A DNA stretch of 64,000 nt from an uncultured Terracidiphilus sp. (GCA_964645305.1 CAZYCV010000003.1:33889-97888); one strand, 5' to 3'; counted from the first letter of the stretch, positions 38,520-53,451 are shown. The notes: generated by a model not told the origin, from the letters alone. Made by a program: numbers and translations.

Positions 38520-40072
38520 GCCGGTCCGCGTTGGGCCGCATTCAAGCTCGGCAACTGGCTCGCGTCCCAGCCGCCGCCCAGTGCGCGCACCAGTCCGACG
38601 CTCAGCACGAACTGCCGGGTCTCAAGATCGGTTGCGGCGCGCTGATTCTGCAGCAGCGCGGCCTCTGCGGTCAACACTTCCAGATAGCTGGTGACGCCGC
38701 CCTTGTAGCGCTGGTTGGAGAGGTCGAGGGAGTGCTGCGCCGAAGCAACGGCCTTCTGCTCGACGGCGGCCTCGGCTTCCAGAATCCTCAAGCCGGAGAG
38801 TTGATCCTCCACATCCTTGAATGCAGACAAAACCACACTGCGATAATCCGCGGCCTGTGCCTCGTAGTTATGGCGGGCTGCATCGGTAAGGGCGTGGCGC
38901 TTGCCGGCGTCAAAGAGCAACTCGGTTGCTTGACCGCCCAGACTCCACAGCGCGCTGGGCCCTTGAATCCACGTTCCGCCTTGCAAACTTTCAAAGCCGC
39001 CGGAGAGGCCGAGAGTGATGTCGGGATAAAAGGCGCTGACGGCAATGCCGATCTGCGCATTGGCAAGGGCGGCGCGGCGCTCGGCGGCGGCAATCTCCGG
39101 ACGGCGCTCCAGCAATTGTGAAGGCACGCCGAGGGGAACCTTGGGAAGCTGCAAATCGAGAGGCGAAAAAGAAAGTTTGAAAGAGGAAAGATCGGCGCCA
39201 ACGAGGGTTCCAATTGCGTGTTCGTACTGAGCGCGGGCCTGGCCGATCTCCACAAGCTGGGCGCGCACCGTCTCCAACTGCGTGCGGGCCTGGGCCACGT
39301 CCACCTCAGTGCCGATGCCGCCGTCCAGACGCTTCTGGGTTAGATCGAGCTGATCCTGAAGATCGGCGATGGTGACGGCCAGCAGCCGGGTCTGGGAATC
39401 CAGTCCGCGCAGTTGCATGTAATCGGCGGCCAGTTCGGCATGAAGGCTCAGGTCGATGCCGGCTTGGTCGGCGGCGCTGGCCTGCGCGCTGGAGCGGGCA
39501 GCCTCGATGGTGCGGCGCACGCGGCCCCACAGGTCCGGCTCCCAACTGGCCTGGCCGCTGATCGCCAAGTCGTTATAGGTGGCGGATTTGGCGGGGTTGT
39601 AGGATGGACCATTTTCCGAAACCCTCTGCCGCGCGACGGATGGCCCCGCGGAGAGCGAAGGAGAGAGCGCGGCGCGGGCCACGGTGATCTGGTCGCGGAC
39701 GGCTAGATAAGTCTCCAAAGCCTTGCGGAGGGTCGGGTTATTGGATTCGATCCGCTCTTCAAGCTGGTTCAGCTGCGGATCGTTATAAATCTCCCACCAC
39801 TTGCCGCGCAGCAAACCGTCGGAGGGATTGGCGGGTTGCCACGCGCCTCCGGCGGGCGCGGGCGGAGGGACAACCGTGGTTGCGCCAGTCTCTTTGTAAG
39901 CCGCGGGAGCCTGGTAACCGGGGCGAGTGTAATTGGGGCCGACGGGCTTGCAGCCGGTGAGCAAGGTGAGGACGAAAAGAGCGGCGATAAAGGCTCGTGG
40001 TCTCCCAGGTCTCAAAATCGAGACCTGGGGCACCCAAGATCTTTTGACAGATTGAACCTGAGGTGCCCGCAT
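38513..40072 (-). CDS. RND efflux outer-membrane factor lipoprotein (NodT/OprM family)
   Basis: LTGCKPVGPNY lipobox; WEPDLWG, LLERRPEI, ALGGGW. Confidence 0.95.
   Translation of the reverse strand: MRAPQVQSVKRSWVPQVSILRPGRPRAFIAALFVLTLLTGCKPVGPNYTRPGYQAPAAYKETGATTVVPPPAPAGGAWQPANPSDGLLRGKWWEIYNDPQLNQLEERIESNNPTLRKALETYLAVRDQITVARAALSPSLSAGPSVARQRVSENGPSYNPAKSATYNDLAISGQASWEPDLWGRVRRTIEAARSSAQASAADQAGIDLSLHAELAADYMQLRGLDSQTRLLAVTIADLQDQLDLTQKRLDGGIGTEVDVAQARTQLETVRAQLVEIGQARAQYEHAIGTLVGADLSSFKLSFSPLDLQLPKVPLGVPSQLLERRPEIAAAERRAALANAQIGIAVSAFYPDITLGLSGGFESLQGGTWIQGPSALWSLGGQATELLFDAGKRHALTDAARHNYEAQAADYRSVVLSAFKDVEDQLSGLRILEAEAAVEQKAVASAQHSLDLSNQRYKGGVTSYLEVLTAEAALLQNQRAATDLETRQFVLSVGLVRALGGGWDASQLPSLNAAQRGPAQ
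40003..40035 (-). repeat. Family-A REP-like element within the OMF N-terminal coding region
   Basis: GGGTGCCCCAGGTCTCGATTTTGAGACCTGGGA, read in frame as WVPQVSILRPG. Confidence 0.85.
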
Positions 40073-40073
40073 A

Positions 40074-41276
40074 CTACTTGCCTCCCGCGCCGGCTGGGCT
40101 GACTACCTGCACCTTTTCGCCTTCAATCAGCGAGTCCGGCGGATCCTGAATGACTTGATCCGCCGCGCCGAGGCCGCTGACGATCTGCACGCTGGCACCG
40201 TCGTCTTCGCCGATGACCACCGGAACCAGATGCGCGACACTTCCATTGGCTACCGTTCCAACCTGCATGCCCTCCTTGCGGAAGATCAACGCGGCGGCGG
40301 GAACAATGTAGGCGGGTGCGGCGGCGGACGTCCTGAAATGAACTTGAGCCAGTGAGCCGGGCAGCAGTTCCCCGGCGCTGTTGTTCACATCAATCTCCAC
40401 CAAAAGCGTGCGGCTGACCGGATCAATGGCGTCAGCGGTGCGCACCAGCGTGCCCTGGTAGAGCTTGCCCGCGTGCTCGGCAAAGCTCAAGTCGATGGGC
40501 GCGCCCACCTTCACTTTGCCGGAGTAAGCCTGCGGCAGATTGGCATAGACGCGCAGGGTTTGAATGGCTTGCAGGCGGAAGAGTTCCTTGCCCGCGCCGG
40601 GGTCGATCAACTGGCCGGTGTCGATGGTGCGTGCGGTAATGACGCCGTCAAAGGGCGCATAGACCTTCTCAAAGGACTGAAGCTGGCGGAGGCGTTCAAC
40701 ATTGGCCTGCGCGGATTTGACCTGCGCGGCGGTGGAGGCAGCCTGATTGATATAGGTGTCTGTATCCTGGCGAGAGACGGCGTTCGATGCGACGAGGCCC
40801 GTGTAACGCTCAGCCTGGATGCGGGCATTGTTGGCGTTGGCCTGGGCAGTCGCAAGCTCGTCCTGCGCCTGCGCCAGTTGCTGATCGACCTCCGGCGTCG
40901 AGATCTCGGCCAGCAGCGCGCCCTTTTTAACGCTTGCGCCCATATCGAAATACCAGCGGGTCAGGTAACCGGCGGTGCGCGCATAGATGGGCGAATCCGT
41001 GAAGGCGGTCACGTTGCCGGGCAGCACAAAGCTGGTCACCGGCGCGCCCTGCTTGGGCGTGGCGACAATCACCGTGGGCGCGGCCAACTCGCTGGTGGTC
41101 TCGGCCAGTACGGTTTTGGCCTGATTGCGGCGCAGGATTCCGTAACCACCCAATGCGGCAGCTACAAGGATGAACAGGGTCACGCCGACCAGGGCCTTGC
41201 CGGACGAGACAGCAACTTGCTCCGGCGCGGATTCGTCTTCGTGATTCGGCTGCTGCGGATGGACTTCATTGCTCAT
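40074..41276 (-). CDS. RND periplasmic adaptor (MFP) subunit
   Basis: IYARTAGY, APFDGVIT, IDPVSRTL. Confidence 0.95.
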   Translation of the reverse strand: MSNEVHPQQPNHEDESAPEQVAVSSGKALVGVTLFILVAAALGGYGILRRNQAKTVLAETTSELAAPTVIVATPKQGAPVTSFVLPGNVTAFTDSPIYARTAGYLTRWYFDMGASVKKGALLAEISTPEVDQQLAQAQDELATAQANANNARIQAERYTGLVASNAVSRQDTDTYINQAASTAAQVKSAQANVERLRQLQSFEKVYAPFDGVITARTIDTGQLIDPGAGKELFRLQAIQTLRVYANLPQAYSGKVKVGAPIDLSFAEHAGKLYQGTLVRTADAIDPVSRTLLVEIDVNNSAGELLPGSLAQVHFRTSAAAPAYIVPAAALIFRKEGMQVGTVANGSVAHLVPVVIGEDDGASVQIVSGLGAADQVIQDPPDSLIEGEKVQVVSPAGAGGK

Positions 41277-41282
41277 AAGAAA

Positions 41283-44540
<3,258 letters not shown>

Positions 44541-44622
44541 AGGGCTGCTACCTGCTCCCGAGCCGATTGCCGAATCAGCTCCTAAAGAACCTTGCTCTCT
44601 TTACAATCCTAGCCGATGAACC

Positions 44623-44651
44623 CGGTCAGTGGTCAGCGGTCAGTGGACAGT
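44623..44651 (+). repeat. Heptamer tract (GGTCAGT)n
   Basis: ggtcagt ggtcagc ggtcagt ggacagt. Confidence 0.65.
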
Positions 44652-44950
44652 GAAGAGCGTAACCGGAAGCTTCAGTCTGTCGTCCAACTTAGGTTGGCAG
44701 CCTCGTTTTCCTGTCGAGCCGGGCAAGCGCCGGTTCGCTTACAATGGTCAGGGCTGTCCATCCACAATGGAGAGGCTTCCTGCACACGCCGAACCGCTCA
44801 CTCAGCACTGCCGGTTGGCCGAGCGAAACCTTTCATGAAACTCAGTCGTCCTTGTAATCGAACGCTCTTAGTCTGTCTGAATCACTGAATCGTCGCAAGA
44901 ATAGCCCTTTGCTGGCATTCAATCGAAAGAAAACGGCGGGAATTCAAACC

Positions 44951-46267
44951 ATGTCCATCGAAAGCAACGCGGAGAACCACTCGGCCTCTGGCAACACCAC
45001 CCAACAGCCGCCCGTCCGCAAGGGCTCCGGGCTGCGCATTGTCTTTTACCTTGTTCTGGTGGTTGCGCTGGGTCTGATCGTCGGGAAGATTTACCAGAAC
45101 CAGAAGCTCAACGCAGCTTCAAGCGCCAGTCAGGCGGCTGCGCTGATGGGCCGTCCGGTTCCGGTGCAGGTGACAGCGGCAACCGAGAGGCCGATGCCCA
45201 TCTTTCTGACCGCCCTCGGAACCGTAACGCCCTACATGAGCGTCACCGTCAAGGCGCGCGTCAGCGGCCAGTTGGAGCCGGTCAAGTTCACTGAAGGCCA
45301 AGAGGTCAAGCAAGGCGAAACGATCATGGTGATCGACCCCAGTCCTTACAAGGCCGCGCTTGACCAGGCCAAGGGCACGCTGGCCCACGATCAAGCGCTG
45401 CTCAAGGATGCCCAGGCAGAGTTCGCCCGCTACAAGGCGCTCTACGAGGCCGGAGTCACCTCCAAAGAGTCGATGCAATCGTACGAGGCCACGCAGGGCC
45501 AGTACCTGGGTGCCATCGAATCCGACAAAGCAGCCATTGAGACCGCCCAGTTGCAGCTCAACTGGTGCACCATTCAATCGCCGATCAGCGGCAAGATCGG
45601 TCTGCGCCTGGTGGATCCAGGCAATATTATCGCCGCCGGAACCACCAATCTGGTCATTATCAACCAGCTTCAGCCGATCGCAGTTTACTTCACGCTGCCC
45701 GAAGATCAACTTCCTCAGGTGCTGCGCAAGCTGGCCTCAAACAAGCGCCTGCCGGTCGAGGCCTATGACCAGAGCGACACGCAAAAGCTCGGCACTGGCT
45801 ACTTGCTTACCGCCGACAACCAGATCGACACCACCACCGGAACGGGCAAGCTGAAGGCGGTCTTTGACAACGCCGACTCGGCGCTCTTTCCCAACCAGTT
45901 CGTCAACATCCATCTGGTGCTGGAAGAGCGGCCTAATGCGCTGGTGATTCCCTCGGCAGCTCTTCAATCCGGTTTGCAGGGCTCCTTTGTCTGGGTGGTC
46001 GATGCCGATCCCGTCAAGAAGACTTCGGTGGCCAAGATACAGCCGGTGAAGATTGCGCTGTCGGAAGGTCAGTTGACGATTCTGGACAGCGGCGTGCAGC
46101 CGGGACAGAATGTCGTGGTGGACGGCGCGGAAAGGCTGCGCGCCGGTCAGAGCGTACTGCCCAGCGTCGCCAAGCAACACGGCGGACAGGCGACCGGACA
46201 GGCTTCAGGGCAAGCTGCAGGTCATGTCGGTAGCCAAGGCAATCAGCCCAAGAAGGAGCAGCAGTGA
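44951..46267 (+). CDS. mdtA: MdtA/MuxA-like periplasmic adaptor
   Basis: [25 protein letters not shown]. Confidence 0.9.
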   Translation: MSIESNAENHSASGNTTQQPPVRKGSGLRIVFYLVLVVALGLIVGKIYQNQKLNAASSASQAAALMGRPVPVQVTAATERPMPIFLTALGTVTPYMSVTVKARVSGQLEPVKFTEGQEVKQGETIMVIDPSPYKAALDQAKGTLAHDQALLKDAQAEFARYKALYEAGVTSKESMQSYEATQGQYLGAIESDKAAIETAQLQLNWCTIQSPISGKIGLRLVDPGNIIAAGTTNLVIINQLQPIAVYFTLPEDQLPQVLRKLASNKRLPVEAYDQSDTQKLGTGYLLTADNQIDTTTGTGKLKAVFDNADSALFPNQFVNIHLVLEERPNALVIPSAALQSGLQGSFVWVVDADPVKKTSVAKIQPVKIALSEGQLTILDSGVQPGQNVVVDGAERLRAGQSVLPSVAKQHGGQATGQASGQAAGHVGSQGNQPKKEQQ

Positions 46268-49200
46268 GCCTGAGTCCTTCCCGGCCTTTTATTCTGCGCC
46301 CGGTGGCCACCTCGCTGCTGATGGCGGCGATCCTGATTGCCGGCTTCATCGGCTATATGCAGTTGCCGGTCTCCGCGCTGCCTGAGGTGGACTACCCGAT
46401 CATTCAGGTGCTCACCTTTTATCCCGGCGCGGGGCCTGAGGTGATGGCTTCTTCCGTGACCGCGCCGCTGGAGCGCCAATTTGGCCAGATGCCCGGCCTC
46501 AAGCAGATGACCTCAGAGAGCAGCGGCGGCGGTTCGGTCATCACCCTTGAATTCAACCTCGATGAGAACATCGACGTTGCCGAGCAGGAGGTGCAGGCGG
46601 CCATCAACGCGGGCAACAGCTTTCTGCCCACCGATCTGCCCAACCCGCCCATCTATAGCAAAGTGAATCCAGCCGACGCGCCGATCATGACGCTGGCGCT
46701 CTACTCCAACTCCCTTCCGCTGGACAAGATTGAAGACGCCGCCGATACCAATCTGGCGCAGAAGATTTCGCAAGTTACCGGCGTAGGCTTGGTCTCCATC
46801 GCCGGCGGGCAAAAGCCCTCCGTGCGCATCCAGGCAAACCCCACGCAACTGGCCGCCTACGACCTCAGCCTGGAAGATCTGCGCACCGCTCTGGCAGCGG
46901 CCAACGTGGACCAGGCCAAAGGCACGCTGAACGGCAATCGCCAGTCTTACACCATCGGTGCCAACGACCAGTTAAACTCCAGCGCCGATTACAAGCCGGT
47001 GATTGTCGCCTACCGAAACGGCGCCGCTGTCCGCGCCTCGGACGTCGCCACCATCGTCGATGCCGCCGAGAACAATCAGCAGGCCGCCTGGATGGATCGC
47101 CAGCCCGCGGTGATCGTCAATATTCAGCGCCAGCCGGGCGCGAACATCATCGCGGTGGTGGACCGTATCAAAAAGTTGTTGCCGCAGTTGCAGGCCAGTC
47201 TGCCGGCCTCGGTGCAGGTGCGTGTGCTCACCGACCGCACCACCACCATCCGCGCCTCGGTCAAGGATGTCGAGTTCGAGTTGATGCTCACCATCGCCCT
47301 CGTGGTCATGGTGATCTTCCTCTTCCTGCGCAACCTGGCCGCCACCGTCATCCCTTCCTTTGCCGTGCCGCTCTCCATCGTCGGAACCTTCGGCGTCATG
47401 TACCTGCTGGGATACTCGCTCAATAACCTCACCCTGATGGCGCTTACCATCTCCACCGGCTTTGTGGTGGACGACGCCATCGTGATGATCGAGAATATCT
47501 CCCGCTTCATTGAAGAGGGCGACAGCCCGATGAAAGCCGCGCTCAAGGGCAGCGAGCAGATCGGCTTCACCATCATGTCGCTGACCATCTCGCTGATCGC
47601 CGTGCTGATTCCGCTGCTCTTTATGAGCGATGTGGTGGGCCGCCTCTTCCGCGAGTTCGCCATCACCCTGGCCGTCACCATCCTGGTCTCCGCCTTTGTC
47701 TCGCTCACTCTGACGCCGATGATGTGCTCGCGCATTCTGCAGGACAAAAAGACCGCCCGGCAGACCCGCTTTTACTACTGGTCGGAGCACGTCTTCAACT
47801 CCATCATCTCTGCCTACGGCCGCGCGCTGACCGTGGTTTTGCGTTATCGCTTCATCACTTTGCTGGTCACCGTGGGCACGCTGGTGGGCACGCTGCTGCT
47901 CTATGTCGTGGTTCCCAAAGGCTTCTTCCCGGTGCAGGATACCGGTGTCATCCTCGGCATCAGCGAGGCCCCGCAGACGGTCAGCTTTACCTCGATGGCC
48001 GAGCGTCAGCAAAAGCTCGTTGATCTTCTGCTGACTGACCCGGCGGTGGACAATGTTTCTTCATTTATCGGGGTGGATGGAACCAATACAACGCTGAACT
48101 CCGGCCGCATTCAGATCACGCTCAAGCCGCTCGAAGAGCGCAAACTCACCGCTACCCAAGTGATTCAGCGCTTGCAACCGAAGCTGACCGGCGTCGAAGG
48201 CATTCAGCTCTTCCTCCAGCCGCTGCAAGATTTGACCGTGGAAGATCGCGTCAGCCGGACCGAGTTCCAGTACTCGCTCGAAGATCCCGATCAGGCCGAA
48301 CTGGCCAAGTACACCCGCCTGATGACGACGGAGTTGGCCAAGGAGTCCGTGGTCACCGACGTGGCCAGCGACCTGCAAGATCAAGGCCTGGGTGCGCAAC
48401 TGGTCATTGACCGCGACACCGCCGCCCGGCTGGGCATCGCCATGGCCGACGTGGATAACACGCTTTACGACGCCTTCGGCCAGCGCCAGGTCTCCACCAT
48501 CTTCACCCAGCTCAACCAGTACCATGTGGTCATGGAGGTCGGCAAAAACTTCCAGACCGATCCCTCCGTGTTGAATGATCTCTTCGTCAAATCGGCCAAC
48601 GGCACGCAAGTCCCGCTCAGCCAACTCGCTCACTGGGAGCAGACGCAGCACGCGCAACTGGCCATCGGCCACCAGGGACAGTTCCCATCGACCGTTGTCA
48701 GCTTCAATCTGGCTCCGGGCAAGGCGCTGGGCGACGCCGTCCTCGCCGTCAACGCTATTGAGAAACGCATCAATATGCCGTCCAGCATCAATGCCAGCTT
48801 CCAGGGCACGGCTGCCGCCTTTCAGACCTCGCTCAGTAACGAGCCTTTGCTGATTCTGGCCGCGCTGATTACCGTTTACATTGTGCTGGGCGTGCTCTAT
48901 GAAAGCTACATTCACCCCATCACGATTATTTCGTCGCTGCCCTCGGCCGGCGTCGGCGCGCTGCTGGCGCTGCTCATTACCCACGTTGAATTCAGTGTGA
49001 TTGCGCTGATCGGCATCATCCTGCTCATCGGCATTGTGCAGAAGAACGCCATCATGATGATCGATTTTGCCTTGCAAGCCGAGCGCAATGAAGGCAAGCC
49101 GCCTGAAGAGGCCATCTTCCAGGCCTGCCAGTTGCGCTTCCGGCCTATTCTGATGACCACCATGGCTGCCATGCTGGGCGGGTTGCCGCTCTGGCTGGGC

Positions 49201-49401
49201 GGCGGCGTGGGCGCCGAACTGCGTCAGCCGCTGGGCATCACCATCGTCGGCGGGTTGATTATGTCGCAGGCGCTCACGCTCTTTACCGTACCGGTGATCT
49301 ACCTCTACTTTGACAAGCTGGCGCAGTATTTGAAGCCGAAAGACAGGGAACAGGGATCAGGGAACAGGGATCAGGAAGAAGCCCCGGTCATTTTCACATA
49401 A
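46264..49401 (+). CDS. mdtB: MdtB/MuxB-like RND permease
   Basis: [34 protein letters not shown]. Confidence 0.93.
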   Translation: MSLSPSRPFILRPVATSLLMAAILIAGFIGYMQLPVSALPEVDYPIIQVLTFYPGAGPEVMASSVTAPLERQFGQMPGLKQMTSESSGGGSVITLEFNLDENIDVAEQEVQAAINAGNSFLPTDLPNPPIYSKVNPADAPIMTLALYSNSLPLDKIEDAADTNLAQKISQVTGVGLVSIAGGQKPSVRIQANPTQLAAYDLSLEDLRTALAAANVDQAKGTLNGNRQSYTIGANDQLNSSADYKPVIVAYRNGAAVRASDVATIVDAAENNQQAAWMDRQPAVIVNIQRQPGANIIAVVDRIKKLLPQLQASLPASVQVRVLTDRTTTIRASVKDVEFELMLTIALVVMVIFLFLRNLAATVIPSFAVPLSIVGTFGVMYLLGYSLNNLTLMALTISTGFVVDDAIVMIENISRFIEEGDSPMKAALKGSEQIGFTIMSLTISLIAVLIPLLFMSDVVGRLFREFAITLAVTILVSAFVSLTLTPMMCSRILQDKKTARQTRFYYWSEHVFNSIISAYGRALTVVLRYRFITLLVTVGTLVGTLLLYVVVPKGFFPVQDTGVILGISEAPQTVSFTSMAERQQKLVDLLLTDPAVDNVSSFIGVDGTNTTLNSGRIQITLKPLEERKLTATQVIQRLQPKLTGVEGIQLFLQPLQDLTVEDRVSRTEFQYSLEDPDQAELAKYTRLMTTELAKESVVTDVASDLQDQGLGAQLVIDRDTAARLGIAMADVDNTLYDAFGQRQVSTIFTQLNQYHVVMEVGKNFQTDPSVLNDLFVKSANGTQVPLSQLAHWEQTQHAQLAIGHQGQFPSTVVSFNLAPGKALGDAVLAVNAIEKRINMPSSINASFQGTAAAFQTSLSNEPLLILAALITVYIVLGVLYESYIHPITIISSLPSAGVGALLALLITHVEFSVIALIGIILLIGIVQKNAIMMIDFALQAERNEGKPPEEAIFQACQLRFRPILMTTMAAMLGGLPLWLGGGVGAELRQPLGITIVGGLIMSQALTLFTVPVIYLYFDKLAQYLKPKDREQGSGNRDQEEAPVIFT
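49344..49376 (+). repeat. Heptamer tract inside the mdtB 3' end
   Basis: cagggaa cagggat cagggaa cagggat cagga, translated as [11 protein letters not shown]. Confidence 0.75.
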
Positions 49402-49403
49402 CA

Positions 49404-49451
49404 GGGTGCCCCCGGTCTCGATTTTGAGACCGGGGATACCTCAAACCTCAA
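49404..49451 (+). repeat. Family-A REP element with a GGGATACCTCAAACCTCAA tail
   Basis: The 19-bp tail at 49433-49451 recurs at 50250-50268. Confidence 0.85.
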
Positions 49452-49504
49452 TCGATTTTACCGCTCCTAATTGTGTTATCATTGCGTACACAATGGAGGC
49501 AAAG

Positions 49505-49771
49505 ATGCAAACCGAAAGAGTGGGAATACGAGAATTTCGCGAGAATCTGTCCGGCTACCTTGAGTCACCTACGCCGGTGGCGATTACCCGTCACGGCGAG
49601 ACGATTGGATTCTATCTTCCAACCAGACGGCGGCCCAGCGAAGCCGACTTGGACGCCTTGCGCAGGGCGGGCGAACGGCTGAGCAATCTCATCGAAGCCT
49701 CCGGCGCAAATGAGGAAGAAATGGTCGACGAATTCAAAGCGCTGCGGAGAACGCGCCGTGTACAAGGATGA
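49505..49771 (+). CDS. Phd/YefM-like antitoxin
   Basis: VGIREFRENLSGYL..PVAITRHG; GGAGG RBS. Confidence 0.9.
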   Translation: MQTERVGIREFRENLSGYLESPTPVAITRHGETIGFYLPTRRRPSEADLDALRRAGERLSNLIEASGANEEEMVDEFKALRRTRRVQG

Positions 49772-50198
49772 GCAACTGATCCTCGATGCAAACATTCTCA
49801 TCCGCGCCGTACTGGCCAAGCGGGTCAGGGAACTTCTTTGCCGGTACGGCGCGACAGTGCGATTTTTCGCGCCAGTATCCGCCTTCGAGGAGGCACGCGA
49901 GCATCTGCCGGCAATTCTTTCCCGGCGCAATATTCCTGTATCTGAAGGATTATCCGTCCTTGAAACGCTGGGTGAAATCGTGCAAGAGCTTCATCCGGAA
50001 AGATATTCGGCATTGGAGAATGTGGCACGGCAGCGTCTCGCCGGCCGCGATCCTGAAGATTGGCCTGTGCTGGCTTCTGCCTTGGCTCTGCAGTGCCCTA
50101 TCTGGACAGAAGACACAGATTTTTTTGGAGCAGGCATCGCCATCTGGACAACGGATCGAGTGGAGTTGTTTTTACAGGAAGCGCAAAATCTGCAATGA
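49758..50198 (+). CDS. PIN-domain toxin (VapC-like)
   Basis: LILDANIL, RDPEDWP, IWTEDTDF. Confidence 0.9.
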   Translation: MYKDEQLILDANILIRAVLAKRVRELLCRYGATVRFFAPVSAFEEAREHLPAILSRRNIPVSEGLSVLETLGEIVQELHPERYSALENVARQRLAGRDPEDWPVLASALALQCPIWTEDTDFFGAGIAIWTTDRVELFLQEAQNLQ

Positions 50199-50213
50199 GC
50201 TGAACTGGACACT

Positions 50214-50268
50214 CCACACTCGCCGCGTTCTTGTTTTTGCGGCTAGGGTGGGATACCTCAAACCTCAA
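50214..50268 (+). repeat. Family-A REP variant with the shared 19-bp tail
   Basis: CCACACTCGCCGCGTTCTTGTTTTTGCGGCTAGGGTGGGATACCTCAAACCTCAA. Confidence 0.75.
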
Positions 50269-50298
50269 CCGCCAACTGATCACTGACAACTGGAACCA

Positions 50299-53200
50299 AT
50301 GCATCTCTCCGCACCATTTATTCAGCGCCCGGTAGCCACTTCGCTGCTCTCGCTGGCCCTTCTCATGGCCGGCTCGGTGGCTTACTCGCTGCTGCCCGTG
50401 GCCTCGCTGCCCAACGTCGATATGCCGGTGATCGGCGTCAGCGCGGGTATGCCGGGGGCGAGTCCGGAGACGATGGCCTCGTCCGTCGCCACGCCGCTGG
50501 AGCGCCAGTTTGGGCGCATCGCGGGCATCAATCAGATGACCTCGGCCAGTTCGCTTGGTTCGGCCTCCGTCGCCCTGCAATTCGACATCAATCGCAACAT
50601 CGACGCCGCCGCCCGCGACGTGCAGGCCAGCATCAACGCGGCGCGCAGCCAGTTGCCCTCTTACCTGCCGCAGAACCCAAGCTACCGCAAGGCCAACCCC
50701 GCTGAAGCGCCGATCCTCATTCTTGCGCTCACCTCCGACGTGATGAACAAGCCGCAGATCTATGACTTGGCCAACACCATCCTGGCGCAGAAGATCTCGC
50801 AAATCAACGGAGTGGGCCAGTGCTTCGTCGGCGGCGGCTCCTCGCCCTCGGTCCGCGTTGAATTGAATCCCATGCAGCTCGGCGCAAATGGCGTCGGCCT
50901 GGAGGCCGTGCGCACGGCCCTCGCCGGAGCCAACGCCAACCGCCCCAAAGGCGCATTTCAAGACGCCGATCATCGCTGGCAGATCAGTGACAACGATCAG
51001 ATCTTCCACGCCAGCGACTACGCGCCCATCATCGCCGGATACAACAAGCAGACCGGCGCGCCGGTCCGCGTCGGCGATCTGGGCACGGTCACCGACAGCG
51101 TGGCCGACATTCGCAACGCCGGCGTCAGCGCCATTAATGCACCCGGAGCCCCCGGCCAACTTCGCGACGCGGTGCTGATTATCGTCTTCAAGATTCCCGG
51201 CGCCAACGTCATCTCCACTGTGGATAGCGTGATGGCAGAGATGCCGCGCCTGCAGGCCGCCATTCCGCCCACCATCAAGATCGACGTGGAAGTGGATCGG
51301 ACGACAACCATCCGCTCCAGTGTGCGCGACGTTGAAATTTCGCTTTGCATCAGCGTCTTCCTGGTCGTGCTGGTCGTCTTCCTTTTCCTGCGCGAGATAT
51401 GGGCCACCATCATTCCCTCCATCGCAGTGCCTCTCTCGCTGCTGGGCACCTTCGGCGTCATGTGGCTGCTGGGCTACACCATCGACAACCTCTCGCTGAT
51501 GGCCCTCACCGTGGCCACCGGCTTCGTCGTCGATGACGCCATCGTGGTCATCGAGAACATCACCCGCTACCTGGAAATGGGAATGAAGCCCTACGAGGCG
51601 GCGATGAAAGGCTCGAAGGAGATCGGCTTCACCGTCCTTTCCATGAGCTTGTCTTTGATCGCCGTCTTCATTCCGATCTTGCTCATGGGCGGCATCGTCG
51701 GCAAGCTCTTCCGCGAGTTTGCCGTCACGCTCTCGGTCGCCATCGCCGTTTCACTGCTGGTTTCGCTCACCACCACGCCAATGCTTTGCGCGCGCTTTCT
51801 CAAGTCGCAAGACGCCAGCCGCCACGGCCCCATCTACCGCGCCAGCGAGCGCGCCTTCGATTGGCTGCATGACGAATACGCCCTCGGCCTGCGCTGGGTT
51901 TTGCGCCATCAGATTTTGATCTTGTGCGTCGTGATCGGCACCATCGCGCTGAATATCTACCTTTTCACCATCGTCCCCTTCGGCTTCTTCCCGCAGCAGG
52001 ATACCGGCCGCATGGGCGGCCAAACCCGCGCCGCGCAGGACATCGCCTTCGACTCCATGAAGGTCAAGCAACAGCAGCTTGCCCAAATGGTCCTGGACGA
52101 TCCTGCCATCCAGACAGTTACCGCCTTTGTCGGCGGCGGCGGACCCGGCGGCGGCAGCTCCAACATCGGCAATATGTTCATTGCCCTCAAGCCCCTCGAT
52201 CAGCGTCCCGGCCGCGTCTCCGCCGACCAGGTGATCAATCGCCTGCGCCCCAAGCTCACCAGCATACCCGGCGCCCAGCTCATCCTCCAGGTGCAGCAGG
52301 AGTTCCAGATCGGCGGGCGCGGCTCCGCGGCGCAGTACCAGTACACCCTCTCTGATGAGAATCTGGATGAGCTGAACACCTGGGCGCCGCAACTGCTCAA
52401 CCGCATGAGAGCCATGCCCGAGCTGCGCGATGTCAACAGCGACCAGCAGAATCAGGGGCTGGCCGCCAATCTGCTCATCGACCGCGATGCTGCCTCCCGC
52501 CTCGGCATCACCGCCGCCGCCATCGACGCCGTCCTCTACGACGCCTTCGGCCAGCGCGAGGTCTCCACCATGTACAAGGACATCAATCAGTACTATGTGG
52601 TGATGGAGGTCGATCCCAAGTATCAGCTCAGTCCCGACGCGCTCAACGGCATCTTCATCAAATCCTCCACCGGCTCCATGGTTCCGCTCTCCGCCATCGC
52701 CAAATTTCAAAACCAGCGCACCGCTCTTCAGGTCAACCACCAGGGCCAGTTTCCGGCGGTCACGCTCAGCTTCAACCTGGCCCCCAACAAAGCTCTCGGC
52801 GACGCCGTCAATGCTCTGCAAAAGGTTCAGGTCGAAATGGGTATGCCCTCCACGGTCCACCCCACCTTCCAGGGAACCGCGCAGGCCTTCCAGGATTCAA
52901 AGAACAATATGCCCTGGCTGATTTTGGCCGCCCTTACTGCCGTCTATATTGTGTTGGGCATCCTTTATGAGAGTTACATCCATCCGCTGACCATTCTCTC
53001 CACCATCCCGCCGGCCGGCGTCGGCGCCATCCTGGCCCTGATGCTGATGGGAACCGAGTTGAGCATCATCGCCCTGATCGGCATCATCCTGCTCATCGGC
53101 ATCGTCAAAAAGAATGCCATCATGATGATCGACTTTGCTCTGCAGGCCGAGCGCGACGAGGGCCTGCCGCCCATCGAGGCGATTTATAAATCGTGCCTGC

Positions 53201-53451
53201 TGCGCTTCCGCCCCATCATGATGACTACCATGGCTGCCCTCTTCGGCGGCCTGCCGCTGGCCATCGGCATGGGCGTGGGTTCCGAGTTGCGCAAACCGCT
53301 CGGCATCACTATCGTCGGAGGATTGATTGTCTCGCAGATGCTAACGCTCTTCACCACACCAGTCGTTTATCTGGCCTTCGACCGCCTGCAATGGCGCATC
53401 ATGAAGCTTCGCCGCATCGGTGTCGAGCTGGAAGAAGCTCCGGGAGACTGA
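50299..53451 (+). CDS. mdtC: MdtC/MuxC-like RND permease
   Basis: APFIQRPVAT, VATPLERQFGRIAG, KKNAIMM. Confidence 0.93.
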   Translation: MHLSAPFIQRPVATSLLSLALLMAGSVAYSLLPVASLPNVDMPVIGVSAGMPGASPETMASSVATPLERQFGRIAGINQMTSASSLGSASVALQFDINRNIDAAARDVQASINAARSQLPSYLPQNPSYRKANPAEAPILILALTSDVMNKPQIYDLANTILAQKISQINGVGQCFVGGGSSPSVRVELNPMQLGANGVGLEAVRTALAGANANRPKGAFQDADHRWQISDNDQIFHASDYAPIIAGYNKQTGAPVRVGDLGTVTDSVADIRNAGVSAINAPGAPGQLRDAVLIIVFKIPGANVISTVDSVMAEMPRLQAAIPPTIKIDVEVDRTTTIRSSVRDVEISLCISVFLVVLVVFLFLREIWATIIPSIAVPLSLLGTFGVMWLLGYTIDNLSLMALTVATGFVVDDAIVVIENITRYLEMGMKPYEAAMKGSKEIGFTVLSMSLSLIAVFIPILLMGGIVGKLFREFAVTLSVAIAVSLLVSLTTTPMLCARFLKSQDASRHGPIYRASERAFDWLHDEYALGLRWVLRHQILILCVVIGTIALNIYLFTIVPFGFFPQQDTGRMGGQTRAAQDIAFDSMKVKQQQLAQMVLDDPAIQTVTAFVGGGGPGGGSSNIGNMFIALKPLDQRPGRVSADQVINRLRPKLTSIPGAQLILQVQQEFQIGGRGSAAQYQYTLSDENLDELNTWAPQLLNRMRAMPELRDVNSDQQNQGLAANLLIDRDAASRLGITAAAIDAVLYDAFGQREVSTMYKDINQYYVVMEVDPKYQLSPDALNGIFIKSSTGSMVPLSAIAKFQNQRTALQVNHQGQFPAVTLSFNLAPNKALGDAVNALQKVQVEMGMPSTVHPTFQGTAQAFQDSKNNMPWLILAALTAVYIVLGILYESYIHPLTILSTIPPAGVGAILALMLMGTELSIIALIGIILLIGIVKKNAIMMIDFALQAERDEGLPPIEAIYKSCLLRFRPIMMTTMAALFGGLPLAIGMGVGSELRKPLGITIVGGLIVSQMLTLFTTPVVYLAFDRLQWRIMKLRRIGVELEEAPGD

